Source: Candidatus Omnitrophota bacterium
Lineage (GTDB): Bacteria > Omnitrophota > Gorgyraeia > Zapsychrales > Zapsychraceae
Length of the DNA stretch: 64,000 bases
Direction of reading: 5' to 3'
Assembly: GCA_029261055.1 (NCBI GenBank)
Contig: JAJDCA010000071.1
Span: 89,778-153,777 of the forward strand
The position numbers were made by a program, and so were the translations under genes. Below are positions 49,651 to 58,871 of this stretch, piece after piece. The number at the start of each line of letters is the position of its first letter. The first letter of the stretch is position 1. Below the pieces are notes generated by a model that ran no database searches, was not told the DNA's origin, and saw nothing but the letters and a program-made list of their open reading frames with translations.

Positions 49651-51050
49651 TGAAATTAAATATTCTAAAATTATTGTTCATTATGTTGTTTCTGTCATTG
49701 GTGTCATTTAACAATGATGTTGTTTGGGCTGAAGATGAAGACATCAGGCAGCAGAGTATGGACGGCCTGGTAGAAAAATTGGTCATTGACGATGAGTACC
49801 TTAAGGTAAAGATGCTTGAACGGGTAGAGCTTCCGGCACCTTTACCGTCGCAACCGGAGGGGCCTTCAACCGTTTTAACAGATAAAGCTATTATCCATAG
49901 TGCTCTTGGTGCGGATAATTTGGAGAAACGGATCAATCTTGACTTTGATGAAGTCACTTTAAAGGATATTTTTATGACGCTTGGAAAAGCGGCGGATATC
50001 AATGTCTTGATCGCTCCGGATTTGAGAGGGCAAATATTGGATTTGCATTTAAAGCAAGTTACGTTGATTGAAGCGTTTTTGTTGGTTTCCAATGCCTATG
50101 ATTTAGGGTTCAAACAGGTTGAAAATTCTCTATATATCGACAGCAGAGAAAAACTGCGGGATGAAAACCTGGTGTCAAAAGTAATCAAACTGCGAAATAT
50201 TAATGTCGTCGAAGCGCAATCTATGGTTGACGAAATTGTAGATAAGCTTACTATAAGTGAAGACATCAATACTATGACGGTTGTTGGTACGCCTCAGGAA
50301 ATCGTTAAGGTGGAAGATATTATTAAAAGAATTGACAAGCCTCAGCCTCAAGTAATTATTGAAGCCAAGGTGATTGAAGTCAACCGGGATGCTTTAAAAG
50401 ATCTTGGTGTTGATTGGCAAGACCAAATATCCATTGATACACAAGAAAATGGACGGAACAGTACTTTGAGCACCGATGGTTCAGGACTGGATTCGATTTT
50501 TAAATTCAACAATTTTCAGCGTCAGCCGTTTCTTTTTAACACAACGTTAAAGATGCTGGAGAACCAAAATAAGGCGAAAATTTTATCTTCTCCTAGGGTT
50601 TCGACACTCAATGACCGTGAGGCCGTTATTTTTATCGGTGACCGTATTCCTTATACGATTACATCCGTAACCGGGGGTGTTGCCACGACCGAAGTTGAGT
50701 GGGCCGAGCCCGGCATCCGATTGACGATAACGCCTTCTATTATTGAGGATGACTTTGTAGTTATGAAGGTGGAACCGGAAGTTAGTTTTATCTTTGCTTT
50801 TCGCGGGCCTAATGACGAGTTTCCTCATATTAAAACAAGAGAGGCCACCGCTTTTGTGCGGGTGAAAAATAATCAACCTTTTATCATCGGTGGATTATTG
50901 AGTCAGGAAGATAAAAATAATTTATTTAAGGTTCCGTTCCTGGGTGACGTGCCTCTTTTAGGTAACCTTTTTTCATATGAGAAGCATACGATTGTCGATA
51001 CGGAACTTATTATTACCGTTATTCCAAAAATTATCAGTAGCGATAATTAA
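49650..51050 (+). CDS. pilQ: Secretin PilQ/GspD
   Basis: QVIIEAKVIEV, LSSPRVSTL, GI.L.ITP, KVPFLGDVPLLGNLF, ELIITVIPKI. Confidence 0.93.
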   Translation: MKLNILKLLFIMLFLSLVSFNNDVVWAEDEDIRQQSMDGLVEKLVIDDEYLKVKMLERVELPAPLPSQPEGPSTVLTDKAIIHSALGADNLEKRINLDFDEVTLKDIFMTLGKAADINVLIAPDLRGQILDLHLKQVTLIEAFLLVSNAYDLGFKQVENSLYIDSREKLRDENLVSKVIKLRNINVVEAQSMVDEIVDKLTISEDINTMTVVGTPQEIVKVEDIIKRIDKPQPQVIIEAKVIEVNRDALKDLGVDWQDQISIDTQENGRNSTLSTDGSGLDSIFKFNNFQRQPFLFNTTLKMLENQNKAKILSSPRVSTLNDREAVIFIGDRIPYTITSVTGGVATTEVEWAEPGIRLTITPSIIEDDFVVMKVEPEVSFIFAFRGPNDEFPHIKTREATAFVRVKNNQPFIIGGLLSQEDKNNLFKVPFLGDVPLLGNLFSYEKHTIVDTELIITVIPKIISSDN

Positions 51051-51060
51051 GGCGGGACAG

Positions 51061-53319
51061 ATGAGACGATTAAATACACAAAAAGGTTTTTCTCTGACGG
51101 AAATGATTGTGGGGAGCATTATAGTCGCGATTGTAAGTGCGATAGGTTATTCTGCCGTCAGGGGGTTGTCACGTGCCGATGAAATCACAGAAAACAGAAT
51201 CGCGGCGGTGAATCTTCTTCAAAAAAGTCAGGAAGCAATTCGGGCCGTAGCGCAGACAAATTACGATAATTTGGGCCCCAATGGCGCTGTGTGTGACTTT
51301 ACTCCCAATGATACATGTGGTTTTGATAATGATCTTACAGCAGACTATCCGATTTTTACAAGGACATTAACCGTTCAAGATGCCACCGGAACCACAGAGC
51401 TAAAAAATGTTTTTGTGAGTGTGTCCTGGACAGAATTTAATCCCCAAACAGGAGCTGCGGTTAATAAAAGTTTGGATTCCGTAACTTACATATCCCGCCC
51501 TCCTGATCCGCTGCCCGGGAACATTGCGGGAAGGGTGCTTGGTCCCGATGGTCCTATCAGCGGTGTTACGATTACAGCCACAAGGATCAACCCTAGTACA
51601 GGTGAAAAGCTCGAAAGTGAATTGAGAACATCCGAAACCCCCGGCGTTACTTCAGGCGGGGGTAATAATAATGTCAATTATGATTTTTCTTCCCCGGAGC
51701 GTAACAGAGCAGGGTTTCGTCTTCAACCGGCCGTAAATTGGCTTGTCCAAGCTACAGATGAAAATTTTACACAAAATCCTTCTGAAGGAATAACAGCACA
51801 AGTTTCTTCAGGTGAGGAAAGACTTGTCCCCATTAATATGATTCCCAATCCGGAAAATGGCACCATCACGGTTAATATCGATAATATTGGTGTGCCAGCA
51901 ACATTTAAGGATTTTTTAAGCTCGAGTTCTGTTGCTCTGTATCAGAATGGTACTCAAATCGAGCGGCAGGGTTCAGGAGGATCTTCCTTTACATTTGAAG
52001 TTGAATTTGAGGATGAGAAAAAACGATGTTTTACGGTGGCGACTCATGATGCCTATAAATCGGGGTTGGCCGGAAGTTTTCCTAATTGTGCAGCTCAAAG
52101 TCAGACAACGAATAATCCTGACGGTTGGTCGTCCGCCGTATTCGTCAATGGTTCTGCTAATTGTGCTAATACCTGGGAGGGAAACAGTGATATTGACACT
52201 GTGTGTGTCAACCCGGGAAAAAATGAGATCGTAGGGGTTCGTCTCGTTGATGTTCCTACAGCTAAACTGGAAGGGGACTTTAAAGACAGCAAGGGGAGAG
52301 TTTTGGATTCTTCTGATTATAATTTTGCACGGGTATACATTCGGCCCTACGCATCTAAAGAGAAACTTAGATGGACAGGTTCTTCGGCATTTACTTATAA
52401 AAAAAGTGGCTATTACTACTCAAAAAAAATAAAAGGTAAAGGTGTTTATTCGATAGATATCCCGGCCAAACACAGCCTTTTCCCCCCTGACTCCAAAGAT
52501 AAGTTTTCAGCAGAGGGAATGATAAATGTGCCTCAAACAGAATGTTGTAATAAGGATGGAAGTCAACCTATTTGGACAGGGTGGAAGACTATTACGACCA
52601 GTATAAAATCGGAAGGAAAATACCAAAAAGATTTTATATTTAAAAATCTTACTGCAAAAAATATTGAGTGCGGAAACATCAAGGGGAAGGTGTACGATGG
52701 AAAGAATAAAACGCCATTGTCAAATGCTACGGTAGTGTTTCAAAAAGGCATAACATCAAAAGGAGATGGAGGGTATAAGTATCTATGCAAAGATCCAAAG
52801 CTTCTTCCGATTGAATTTAAAAAATATTCTTACACAGCGTCTAAAAAAGATAATAAGAAAAAAGATAATAAGAAAAAGGATATTTATTATCCTTTTAAAA
52901 GCGGAGGAAATAACATTTATACCGCACATAAACCAGTAAAGTTAAAAGTTGATTCAATCACAATTAAAACAGCGCCAGACATTTATCTTTGGCCGATAAA
53001 GACAGGTGAGGTAAAGGTGACGGTGAAGGATACAAATGGTAATGATTTAAGTGGAGCTAGTGTAAAGCTTACCGGACCAAAGAATACTTCCGGTTCTACA
53101 GGGAGCAATGGCATTAAAACTTTAAAAAATGTGCAAGAGTCATGGCCGGCACCGGGAGCCGTAGGTAAAAGTCAATATAACCAGAAAAAATCGAATTATA
53201 CGGTGAACGTTAGTTTAGATAATTATAAAAGTTATAAAAAGACAGGTATTGTTGTTAAGGCAGGGAATAGAACAGAGGTGGAGGCAACTTTAATATATAA
53301 TGGCAGCGGCGGTATGTAG
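51061..53319 (+). CDS. Large minor pilin/adhesin (752 aa) with carboxypeptidase-regulatory-like beta-sandwich repeats
   Basis: KG|FSLTEMIV class III signal; GNIAGRV..PISGVTIT, GNIKGKVYD..PLSNATV, GEVKVTVKD..LSGASV repeats; Cys pairs. Confidence 0.82.
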   Translation: MRRLNTQKGFSLTEMIVGSIIVAIVSAIGYSAVRGLSRADEITENRIAAVNLLQKSQEAIRAVAQTNYDNLGPNGAVCDFTPNDTCGFDNDLTADYPIFTRTLTVQDATGTTELKNVFVSVSWTEFNPQTGAAVNKSLDSVTYISRPPDPLPGNIAGRVLGPDGPISGVTITATRINPSTGEKLESELRTSETPGVTSGGGNNNVNYDFSSPERNRAGFRLQPAVNWLVQATDENFTQNPSEGITAQVSSGEERLVPINMIPNPENGTITVNIDNIGVPATFKDFLSSSSVALYQNGTQIERQGSGGSSFTFEVEFEDEKKRCFTVATHDAYKSGLAGSFPNCAAQSQTTNNPDGWSSAVFVNGSANCANTWEGNSDIDTVCVNPGKNEIVGVRLVDVPTAKLEGDFKDSKGRVLDSSDYNFARVYIRPYASKEKLRWTGSSAFTYKKSGYYYSKKIKGKGVYSIDIPAKHSLFPPDSKDKFSAEGMINVPQTECCNKDGSQPIWTGWKTITTSIKSEGKYQKDFIFKNLTAKNIECGNIKGKVYDGKNKTPLSNATVVFQKGITSKGDGGYKYLCKDPKLLPIEFKKYSYTASKKDNKKKDNKKKDIYYPFKSGGNNIYTAHKPVKLKVDSITIKTAPDIYLWPIKTGEVKVTVKDTNGNDLSGASVKLTGPKNTSGSTGSNGIKTLKNVQESWPAPGAVGKSQYNQKKSNYTVNVSLDNYKSYKKTGIVVKAGNRTEVEATLIYNGSGGM

Positions 53320-53329
53320 GGGGCGTAAG

Positions 53330-53824
53330 ATGGCTATACGAAAAAATAACGCTGGGTTTACTCTTATGGAAATGGTGGTGGTGTTGGCTATACTGGGGAC
53401 AGCGATAGCCTCCTTTCACGGTATTTTTATCAACAACTGGACAGCGTTGGACACTTTTTCTGTCAGGGCTAACCTCAGTCAGGAAATGGATGATATTGTG
53501 GATACCATATCCTATGATGCCCGGAATGCTCAGAGGGGCTTGATGGATATTGCCACCGATCAAAAATCCGTCGTTTTTTCAACGCCTAATCTTTCGTTAT
53601 GGACAACGGCCAGTTATACTATGGCACAGGATGGAACATTAACTATGGTGCGCAGTACGGCAGACGGTGATGTGCAAACAAGAATACTATCAAGAAATGT
53701 GGATTATGCTAATTCTACTTTTAATAATAACAGTAATTTTACCATTAACCTGGAGTTAACAAACGATGTTTTCGGTCGACCCATTACAATCGATACGTCC
53801 ACAGAAATCTTTGCGCGTAATTAA
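53330..53824 (+). CDS. Minor pilin (PilW/GspJ-like)
   Basis: AG|FTLMEMVVVLAILG; I..DARNA. Confidence 0.85.
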   Translation: MAIRKNNAGFTLMEMVVVLAILGTAIASFHGIFINNWTALDTFSVRANLSQEMDDIVDTISYDARNAQRGLMDIATDQKSVVFSTPNLSLWTTASYTMAQDGTLTMVRSTADGDVQTRILSRNVDYANSTFNNNSNFTINLELTNDVFGRPITIDTSTEIFARN

Positions 53825-55109
53825 AGATATTTTTTGTGGGCATAAAGGAAAGAAAAATAATCAAGGCGGGTTCCTTTTAGTAGGTGCTATTTTTCTTATG
53901 TTGTTTTTGGGGTTGATCATCATGTCAACCTTTATCAATTCCGATATGCAATTTGAATCGGCAAGGATGCGCATACCGGCGCAACAGGCGTTCTACATTG
54001 CTGAGGCCGGTATTGAATATTCGATCAATCAACTCCGTCAGGATATTCTTTTTAATCCAGAGGATGCTGATCGTCAACAAACTGTATTGGGTATGCAAAA
54101 TGAGGAAGATGAGGAGGAAGATCGGGAAGTAAAGGGAACGTTCACACTTACATTAACCCCGACATTGGATGATGAAGCTGAAGAGGTCATAAATGATACG
54201 GGCCTTAGAACGGTAAAGATTAGCTCTCTAGGTACAGAGGTTGAAAATAATATTCCGCGTACCGTAACCGTTATTGTTAATGTCATCGATCCAGCCCGAT
54301 TTTTTGTATCAACCCCCGGTGAATTAGGAGTTGCGAGTGGTGCCACTATCGGCAGCAGTATTTTTGGAGGAGATGTTGTATTTAATATTGACGACCCCAG
54401 CCAGAATATTATTATTGGTGGCAAAGTTCAATTTATGAACAATATTACGGCAACCTCTACAGATATTTCTACCATATCCGTCGATGATCAGGATTTTAGG
54501 CAAGATGAATGTGAAAAACCATTTGATTTAAATCAATGTATTGAAAGCCAGCATGGCGTTGAGCGACAACAAAATGTTTCTTATCCTGGACTTGACTTAC
54601 CAAGATATGAAGCCTTAGCAGCGATAGTAGGTGAATCACATAAAGGTGATCTCACAATTACTAGTTTTGATGATGACTTGGGAGGAGAGGAGGGTCTTCT
54701 TTACGTAGATGGCAATGTGACGATTAGCGGTGAGTTTGAAAACACGCTGACGATTGTGGCGACAAAGGACATTATTATTGAGGGCAATATAGGGCCTTCA
54801 GAAGATTCTTTAAAAATTGGTCTGTTTGCTTCGGGGGACGTCCGTATCCCGGCGTCTGTTTCTGATCTCAATATTAAATCCACTTTTATCTGGGCGGATG
54901 GCGGTGTTTTTAAGGCTGAGGGAGGCCAGCGTCCGGCAGATAGTAGTTTGATATTTGATGGCGTTATTGCGGTCCGGGGCCAGGAGGGGCAATCGGGCGT
55001 AGATCTCAATGTTTTTCAAAATAGAACTTATACGTATGATACAGAAATCCGCAACTCCGGTATTTTCTATAGCAATATTGTCAGTCTCTCTTCCTGGATG
55101 GAACAATAA
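53811..55109 (+). CDS. PilX/GspK-like minor pilin (start uncertain, TTG)
   Basis: GG|FLLVGAI lacking E5, QAFYIAEAGIEY, C-terminal beta-rich domain ending SWME. Confidence 0.8.
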   Translation: MRVIKDIFCGHKGKKNNQGGFLLVGAIFLMLFLGLIIMSTFINSDMQFESARMRIPAQQAFYIAEAGIEYSINQLRQDILFNPEDADRQQTVLGMQNEEDEEEDREVKGTFTLTLTPTLDDEAEEVINDTGLRTVKISSLGTEVENNIPRTVTVIVNVIDPARFFVSTPGELGVASGATIGSSIFGGDVVFNIDDPSQNIIIGGKVQFMNNITATSTDISTISVDDQDFRQDECEKPFDLNQCIESQHGVERQQNVSYPGLDLPRYEALAAIVGESHKGDLTITSFDDDLGGEEGLLYVDGNVTISGEFENTLTIVATKDIIIEGNIGPSEDSLKIGLFASGDVRIPASVSDLNIKSTFIWADGGVFKAEGGQRPADSSLIFDGVIAVRGQEGQSGVDLNVFQNRTYTYDTEIRNSGIFYSNIVSLSSWMEQ

Positions 55110-55124
55110 TAGCCTAATTTTAAA

Positions 55125-55153
55125 TTGACAAGCCAGATGTTATCGGGTAGACT
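55125..55153 (+). promoter_or_regulatory. Promoter of the CC1-like/rsfS/argS unit
   Basis: TTGACA-N17-TAGACT. Confidence 0.7.
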
Positions 55154-55224
55154 CTAGACAAATATTTCGGGGCTAAGGAAAATCTTAGCCATCCTATGAT
55201 CCTTTAAAAGAAAGAGGAGGCACA

Positions 55225-55395
55225 ATGGAAGAATTATCATTTTATGATGTGAAAACAAAAAAGAAATTTACCGCGACCGAATATGAAGTAAGAGAAAAAA
55301 GCGGTCGTTTTTTTGCTGTTACAAAATCTCTCGCCGGAACTCATGAGTGTTGGAGAGTTCTTGGTAAAGATCAAGCCGCAAAGCTGAAGAAATAG
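55225..55395 (+). CDS. Small basic protein (56 aa) resembling crenarchaeal chromatin protein CC1; absent from the ORF track
   Basis: GGAGG RBS; MEELSFYDVKTKKKFTATEYEVREKSGRFFAVTKSLAGTHECWRVLGKDQAAKLKK. Confidence 0.8.
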   Translation: MEELSFYDVKTKKKFTATEYEVREKSGRFFAVTKSLAGTHECWRVLGKDQAAKLKK

Positions 55396-55408
55396 GAGAG
55401 ATGTTAGC

Positions 55409-55774
55409 ATTAGAAAAGCTTCTTTAACTTCCAAAAAACTCGCCAAAATAATTGCAGAATTCGCAGCTGATAAAAAATCAGAAGAAATTTTAGTTCTAGA
55501 TATGCGCAAAGTTGCCAATTTCTGCGATTATTTTGTCGTTTGCTCTGGAAATACCGACCGGCAAGTCCGCGCAATTAGTGATCACATCGATGAAAGTCTT
55601 AAAGATCTTGGTATAAAGTTAAGCTTTAAAGAAGGTCGCCGAAAGGCTGACTGGATTGTTATGGATTGTGGGGATGTGATTACCCATATTTTTCAAAAAG
55701 ATCTTCGCAAATTTTATAACTTAGAATATCTTTGGCAAGAAGCAAAGGTTATTGATTGGGAAAATGTTAAATGA
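55409..55774 (+). CDS. rsfS: Ribosome silencing factor RsfS, probable non-AUG start
   Basis: ADKKSEEILVLDM, DYFVVCSG.T.RQV.AI, WIVMDCGDVITHIF, FYNLEYLW; the DKK motif lies upstream of the first in-frame ATG (55502). Confidence 0.88.
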   Translation: MRKASLTSKKLAKIIAEFAADKKSEEILVLDMRKVANFCDYFVVCSGNTDRQVRAISDHIDESLKDLGIKLSFKEGRRKADWIVMDCGDVITHIFQKDLRKFYNLEYLWQEAKVIDWENVK

Positions 55775-57428
55775 ACTTAGAATTCAACTGCAACATCAAC
55801 TAGCCCAGTCTCTTAAGCAGGCCTTCCCTGAGCAGTCTTTACCCTCCGTTGAAATTGAAACTCCTGCTGATAAAAAACATGGTGAATTCTCGTCGAATAT
55901 CGCTTTAAAATCCGCAAAATTATTTAAAAAGTCTCCTCTCGACATCGCCGCAGAGTTTCAAATTATATTTCAGAATGTTATTGGGCAAGCAGATCTAAAA
56001 GAAAAAATTTCTAAAATTGAGATTAAAAAACCGGGATTTATCAATTTTTACCTCACGCATCAGGCATTTTATGGTGTTTTAGAGCAGGTATTTGAGAAAA
56101 GAGATGATTATGGCCGGATTGAACTCAAGGAAAAGAAAAAGTGGCAGATTGAGTTTGTTAGCGCGAATCCTACGGGGCCTCTAAGTGTAGCCCATGCCCG
56201 CCAGGCGGCTGTAGGGGATGCTTTGGCCAATATTTTGAATTTTATCGGGTATGAGGTGCACAAAGAATATTATATTAATGACGGGGGTAATCAGATTCGG
56301 ATTTTAGGGGAGTCAATTCGATGCCGTTCTCGGCAGATTTTAGGAGAAAATGTGCCTTTCCTGGAAGATGGTTATCAAGGAGAATACATTAAAGAGATGG
56401 CTCAGGAATTTTTGAATAAAGAAAATATTCAAGAAGTCGCGCAGCTTCCTGTTGTTGAGGATTTTATGGCTTATGGACGAGATACGCTTTTAGACGTTAT
56501 TAAAAAAGAATTAGATGATTTTGGCGTGCATTTTGATTTTTGGGCGCGTGAATCACAAATCGCTACACCGGAAAAAATCGAAGAAGCCTTAAATTTTTTA
56601 AAAGATAAGGGATACATTGAGGCCAGAGATGGCGCGGTGTGGTTTTTATCAACGAAATTTGGTGACGATAAGGATCGGGTGGTTAAAAAGAGTGATGGGG
56701 CGTATACCTATTTGATGCCGGATATTGTGTATCACAAACATAAGTTGGACCGCGGTTTTGACAAGCTGATTGATATTTTAGGGCCGGATCATCATGGCTA
56801 CATTAATCGAATTACGGCGGCTGTGCAGGCTTTGGGGTGGGAGAAAGATGCCCTGGAAGTCGCTATTGTTCAGTTAGCGACGATTTATCGTAATGGGACT
56901 AAGGTATCCATGTCGACACGCGGTGGACAATACGTGACCTTGCGAGAGGTTATGGATGAGGTTGGTGTAGATGTATCACGGTTTTTCTTTTTGATGCGTC
57001 ACATGGCGGCTCATTTGGATTTTGATTTGGATTTGGCGAAAAAAGAGAGTTCAGAGAATCCTGTATATTACATTCAATATGCTCACGCGCGTGTGCACAG
57101 TATGAATACCAAAGCTCAGGAGGCGGGAATTAAGGCTAAGGAATCTAATTTTGGTGTGTTAAAAGAATCTGAAGAAATAGCTTTAATTAACAAAATAGGG
57201 GAATTTTCCAGTAGTTTAAATAAATGTCATTATGAATTAGACCCCTATTCTTTAGTGACTTATCTTCAAGAGTTAGCCGCCTGTTTTCATAAATTTTATG
57301 ATGTCTGCCGCGTTGTTGATGCCGATAAAGACTTATCCGCCGAACGCCTCGGCCTTGTCAACGCTGCTAAGGTTGTCTTAGCCAACGGCTTACGCCTTTT
57401 AGGTGTTAGTGTTCCAGAAAAAATGTAG
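55764..57428 (+). CDS. argS: Arginine--tRNA ligase
   Basis: EFVSANPTGPL, DDKDRVV.KSDG..TY, MSTRGG, NPVYYIQYAHAR. Confidence 0.98.
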   Translation: MLNELRIQLQHQLAQSLKQAFPEQSLPSVEIETPADKKHGEFSSNIALKSAKLFKKSPLDIAAEFQIIFQNVIGQADLKEKISKIEIKKPGFINFYLTHQAFYGVLEQVFEKRDDYGRIELKEKKKWQIEFVSANPTGPLSVAHARQAAVGDALANILNFIGYEVHKEYYINDGGNQIRILGESIRCRSRQILGENVPFLEDGYQGEYIKEMAQEFLNKENIQEVAQLPVVEDFMAYGRDTLLDVIKKELDDFGVHFDFWARESQIATPEKIEEALNFLKDKGYIEARDGAVWFLSTKFGDDKDRVVKKSDGAYTYLMPDIVYHKHKLDRGFDKLIDILGPDHHGYINRITAAVQALGWEKDALEVAIVQLATIYRNGTKVSMSTRGGQYVTLREVMDEVGVDVSRFFFLMRHMAAHLDFDLDLAKKESSENPVYYIQYAHARVHSMNTKAQEAGIKAKESNFGVLKESEEIALINKIGEFSSSLNKCHYELDPYSLVTYLQELAACFHKFYDVCRVVDADKDLSAERLGLVNAAKVVLANGLRLLGVSVPEKM

Positions 57429-57489
57429 CAGAATTCCCTTGCATATATTGTTCCAAATTATAGATTTCAAAAAATTACTATATTTTCTC

Positions 57490-57576
57490 TTGACAGATTT
57501 GTGAGGTATTGTGTAGTATATTGATTTGGTGCATTCAGCATATGTATTGCTGATTATCATGATATTCAGCAATACA
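57490..57576 (+). promoter_or_regulatory. Promoter and overlapping palindromic operator upstream of the AAA ATPase
   Basis: TTGACA at 57490; 34-bp palindrome 57543-57576 with 1 mismatch, plus overlapping TCAGCA-N7-TGCTGA. Confidence 0.7.
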
Positions 57577-57590
57577 CACAGGAAATTATT

Positions 57591-58751
57591 ATGAAAAAAT
57601 CAATATTTTATATTCGATTTTTAAATTTTAAACATGAAATTCGGCAAAAAAGTCTTTTTCTTTTTGGTCCGAGACAGACAGGAAAAACGTTTTTTTTAAA
57701 GAAAGCTTTTCCAGAATCACCATTTTATAACCTTTTGCTCGCAGATGTGTTTTTACGAATGAGTCAACGTCCGCAGCTTATGCGAGAAGAGCTTTTAAGC
57801 CTAGAAAAGAATTTCCCTCAGCCTATTATTATTGATGAAATTCAAAAGCTTCCTGTTTTATTGGATGAGGTTCATTATTTAATAGAAGAATATGGTTTTC
57901 ATTTTATTTTGACCGGAAGCAGTCCTCGCAAGCTAAAGCGCGGAGGTGGAAATCTGCTTGGAGGGCGGGCAAGAACTAAACAAATGTTTCCCTTAGTGAC
58001 AAAAGAAGTGCCTGGGTATGATTTTATTCGTATTTTAAATTACGGAATGATTCCTTCGATTTATACATCAGCCTCTCCTGAAGAAGATTTGGAGGCTTAT
58101 GTTGGAAATTATTTGCAGGAAGAAATACAGGCGGAAGGTCTTGTCAGAAAGGTGGGGAATTTTTCACGGTTTTTACAGACAGCTGCTCTTTACAATGCAG
58201 AATTGGTGAATTTTGCTAATATTTCCAGCGATGCCGGCGTTCCGGCAAGAACGGTGGCCGAGTATTTTCTGATATTACAGGATACCCTTATAGGGTCTCT
58301 TTTAGAACCCTTCACTAAATCAAAAAAAAGAAAGGCGATTACCACATCTAAGTTTTATTTTTTTGATGTAGGCGTCTGCAATATATTGGCGGGAAGAAAA
58401 GAAATCAAGCCCAAAACAGAACTTTTTGGAAAAGTTTTGGAACATTTTATTTTTACAGAATTAAAAGCTTATTTGTCTTATACAAAGGATGATAGAACTC
58501 TACATTTTTGGAGGTCAAAGTCCGGATATGAAGTTGATTTTCTTGTAGGGGATGAAATTGCAATTGAAGTCAAATCTTCAGAATTAGTTATTGAAAAACA
58601 TTTAACCGGCCTACGTGCTTTGTCTGAAGAAATAAATTTAAAGAAAAAAATAGTTATTTCTATGGATAAAGCCCCTCGAAAAATACAAGATATAGAAATC
58701 CTTCCCGTAAAAATTTTTCTTGAGAAGCTATGGCGTAATGAATTAGGCTAA
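57591..58751 (+). CDS. AAA_14 ATPase with DUF4143 and a PD-(D/E)xK-like C-terminus
   Basis: GPRQTGKT, IDEIQK, LTGSS, KFYFFDVG, EVDF...AIEVK. Confidence 0.9.
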   Translation: MKKSIFYIRFLNFKHEIRQKSLFLFGPRQTGKTFFLKKAFPESPFYNLLLADVFLRMSQRPQLMREELLSLEKNFPQPIIIDEIQKLPVLLDEVHYLIEEYGFHFILTGSSPRKLKRGGGNLLGGRARTKQMFPLVTKEVPGYDFIRILNYGMIPSIYTSASPEEDLEAYVGNYLQEEIQAEGLVRKVGNFSRFLQTAALYNAELVNFANISSDAGVPARTVAEYFLILQDTLIGSLLEPFTKSKKRKAITTSKFYFFDVGVCNILAGRKEIKPKTELFGKVLEHFIFTELKAYLSYTKDDRTLHFWRSKSGYEVDFLVGDEIAIEVKSSELVIEKHLTGLRALSEEINLKKKIVISMDKAPRKIQDIEILPVKIFLEKLWRNELG

Positions 58752-58871
58752 TACGCATTTGGTTACAAATTTTTCATTGAAGGGAAAGTTTCAAGGGGAT
58801 AGCAGGGGACAGAAAAATTCATTAAAAGTGAAGTACTAATAGTCTTAAGAGATGTTATAGAGGAGATCATA

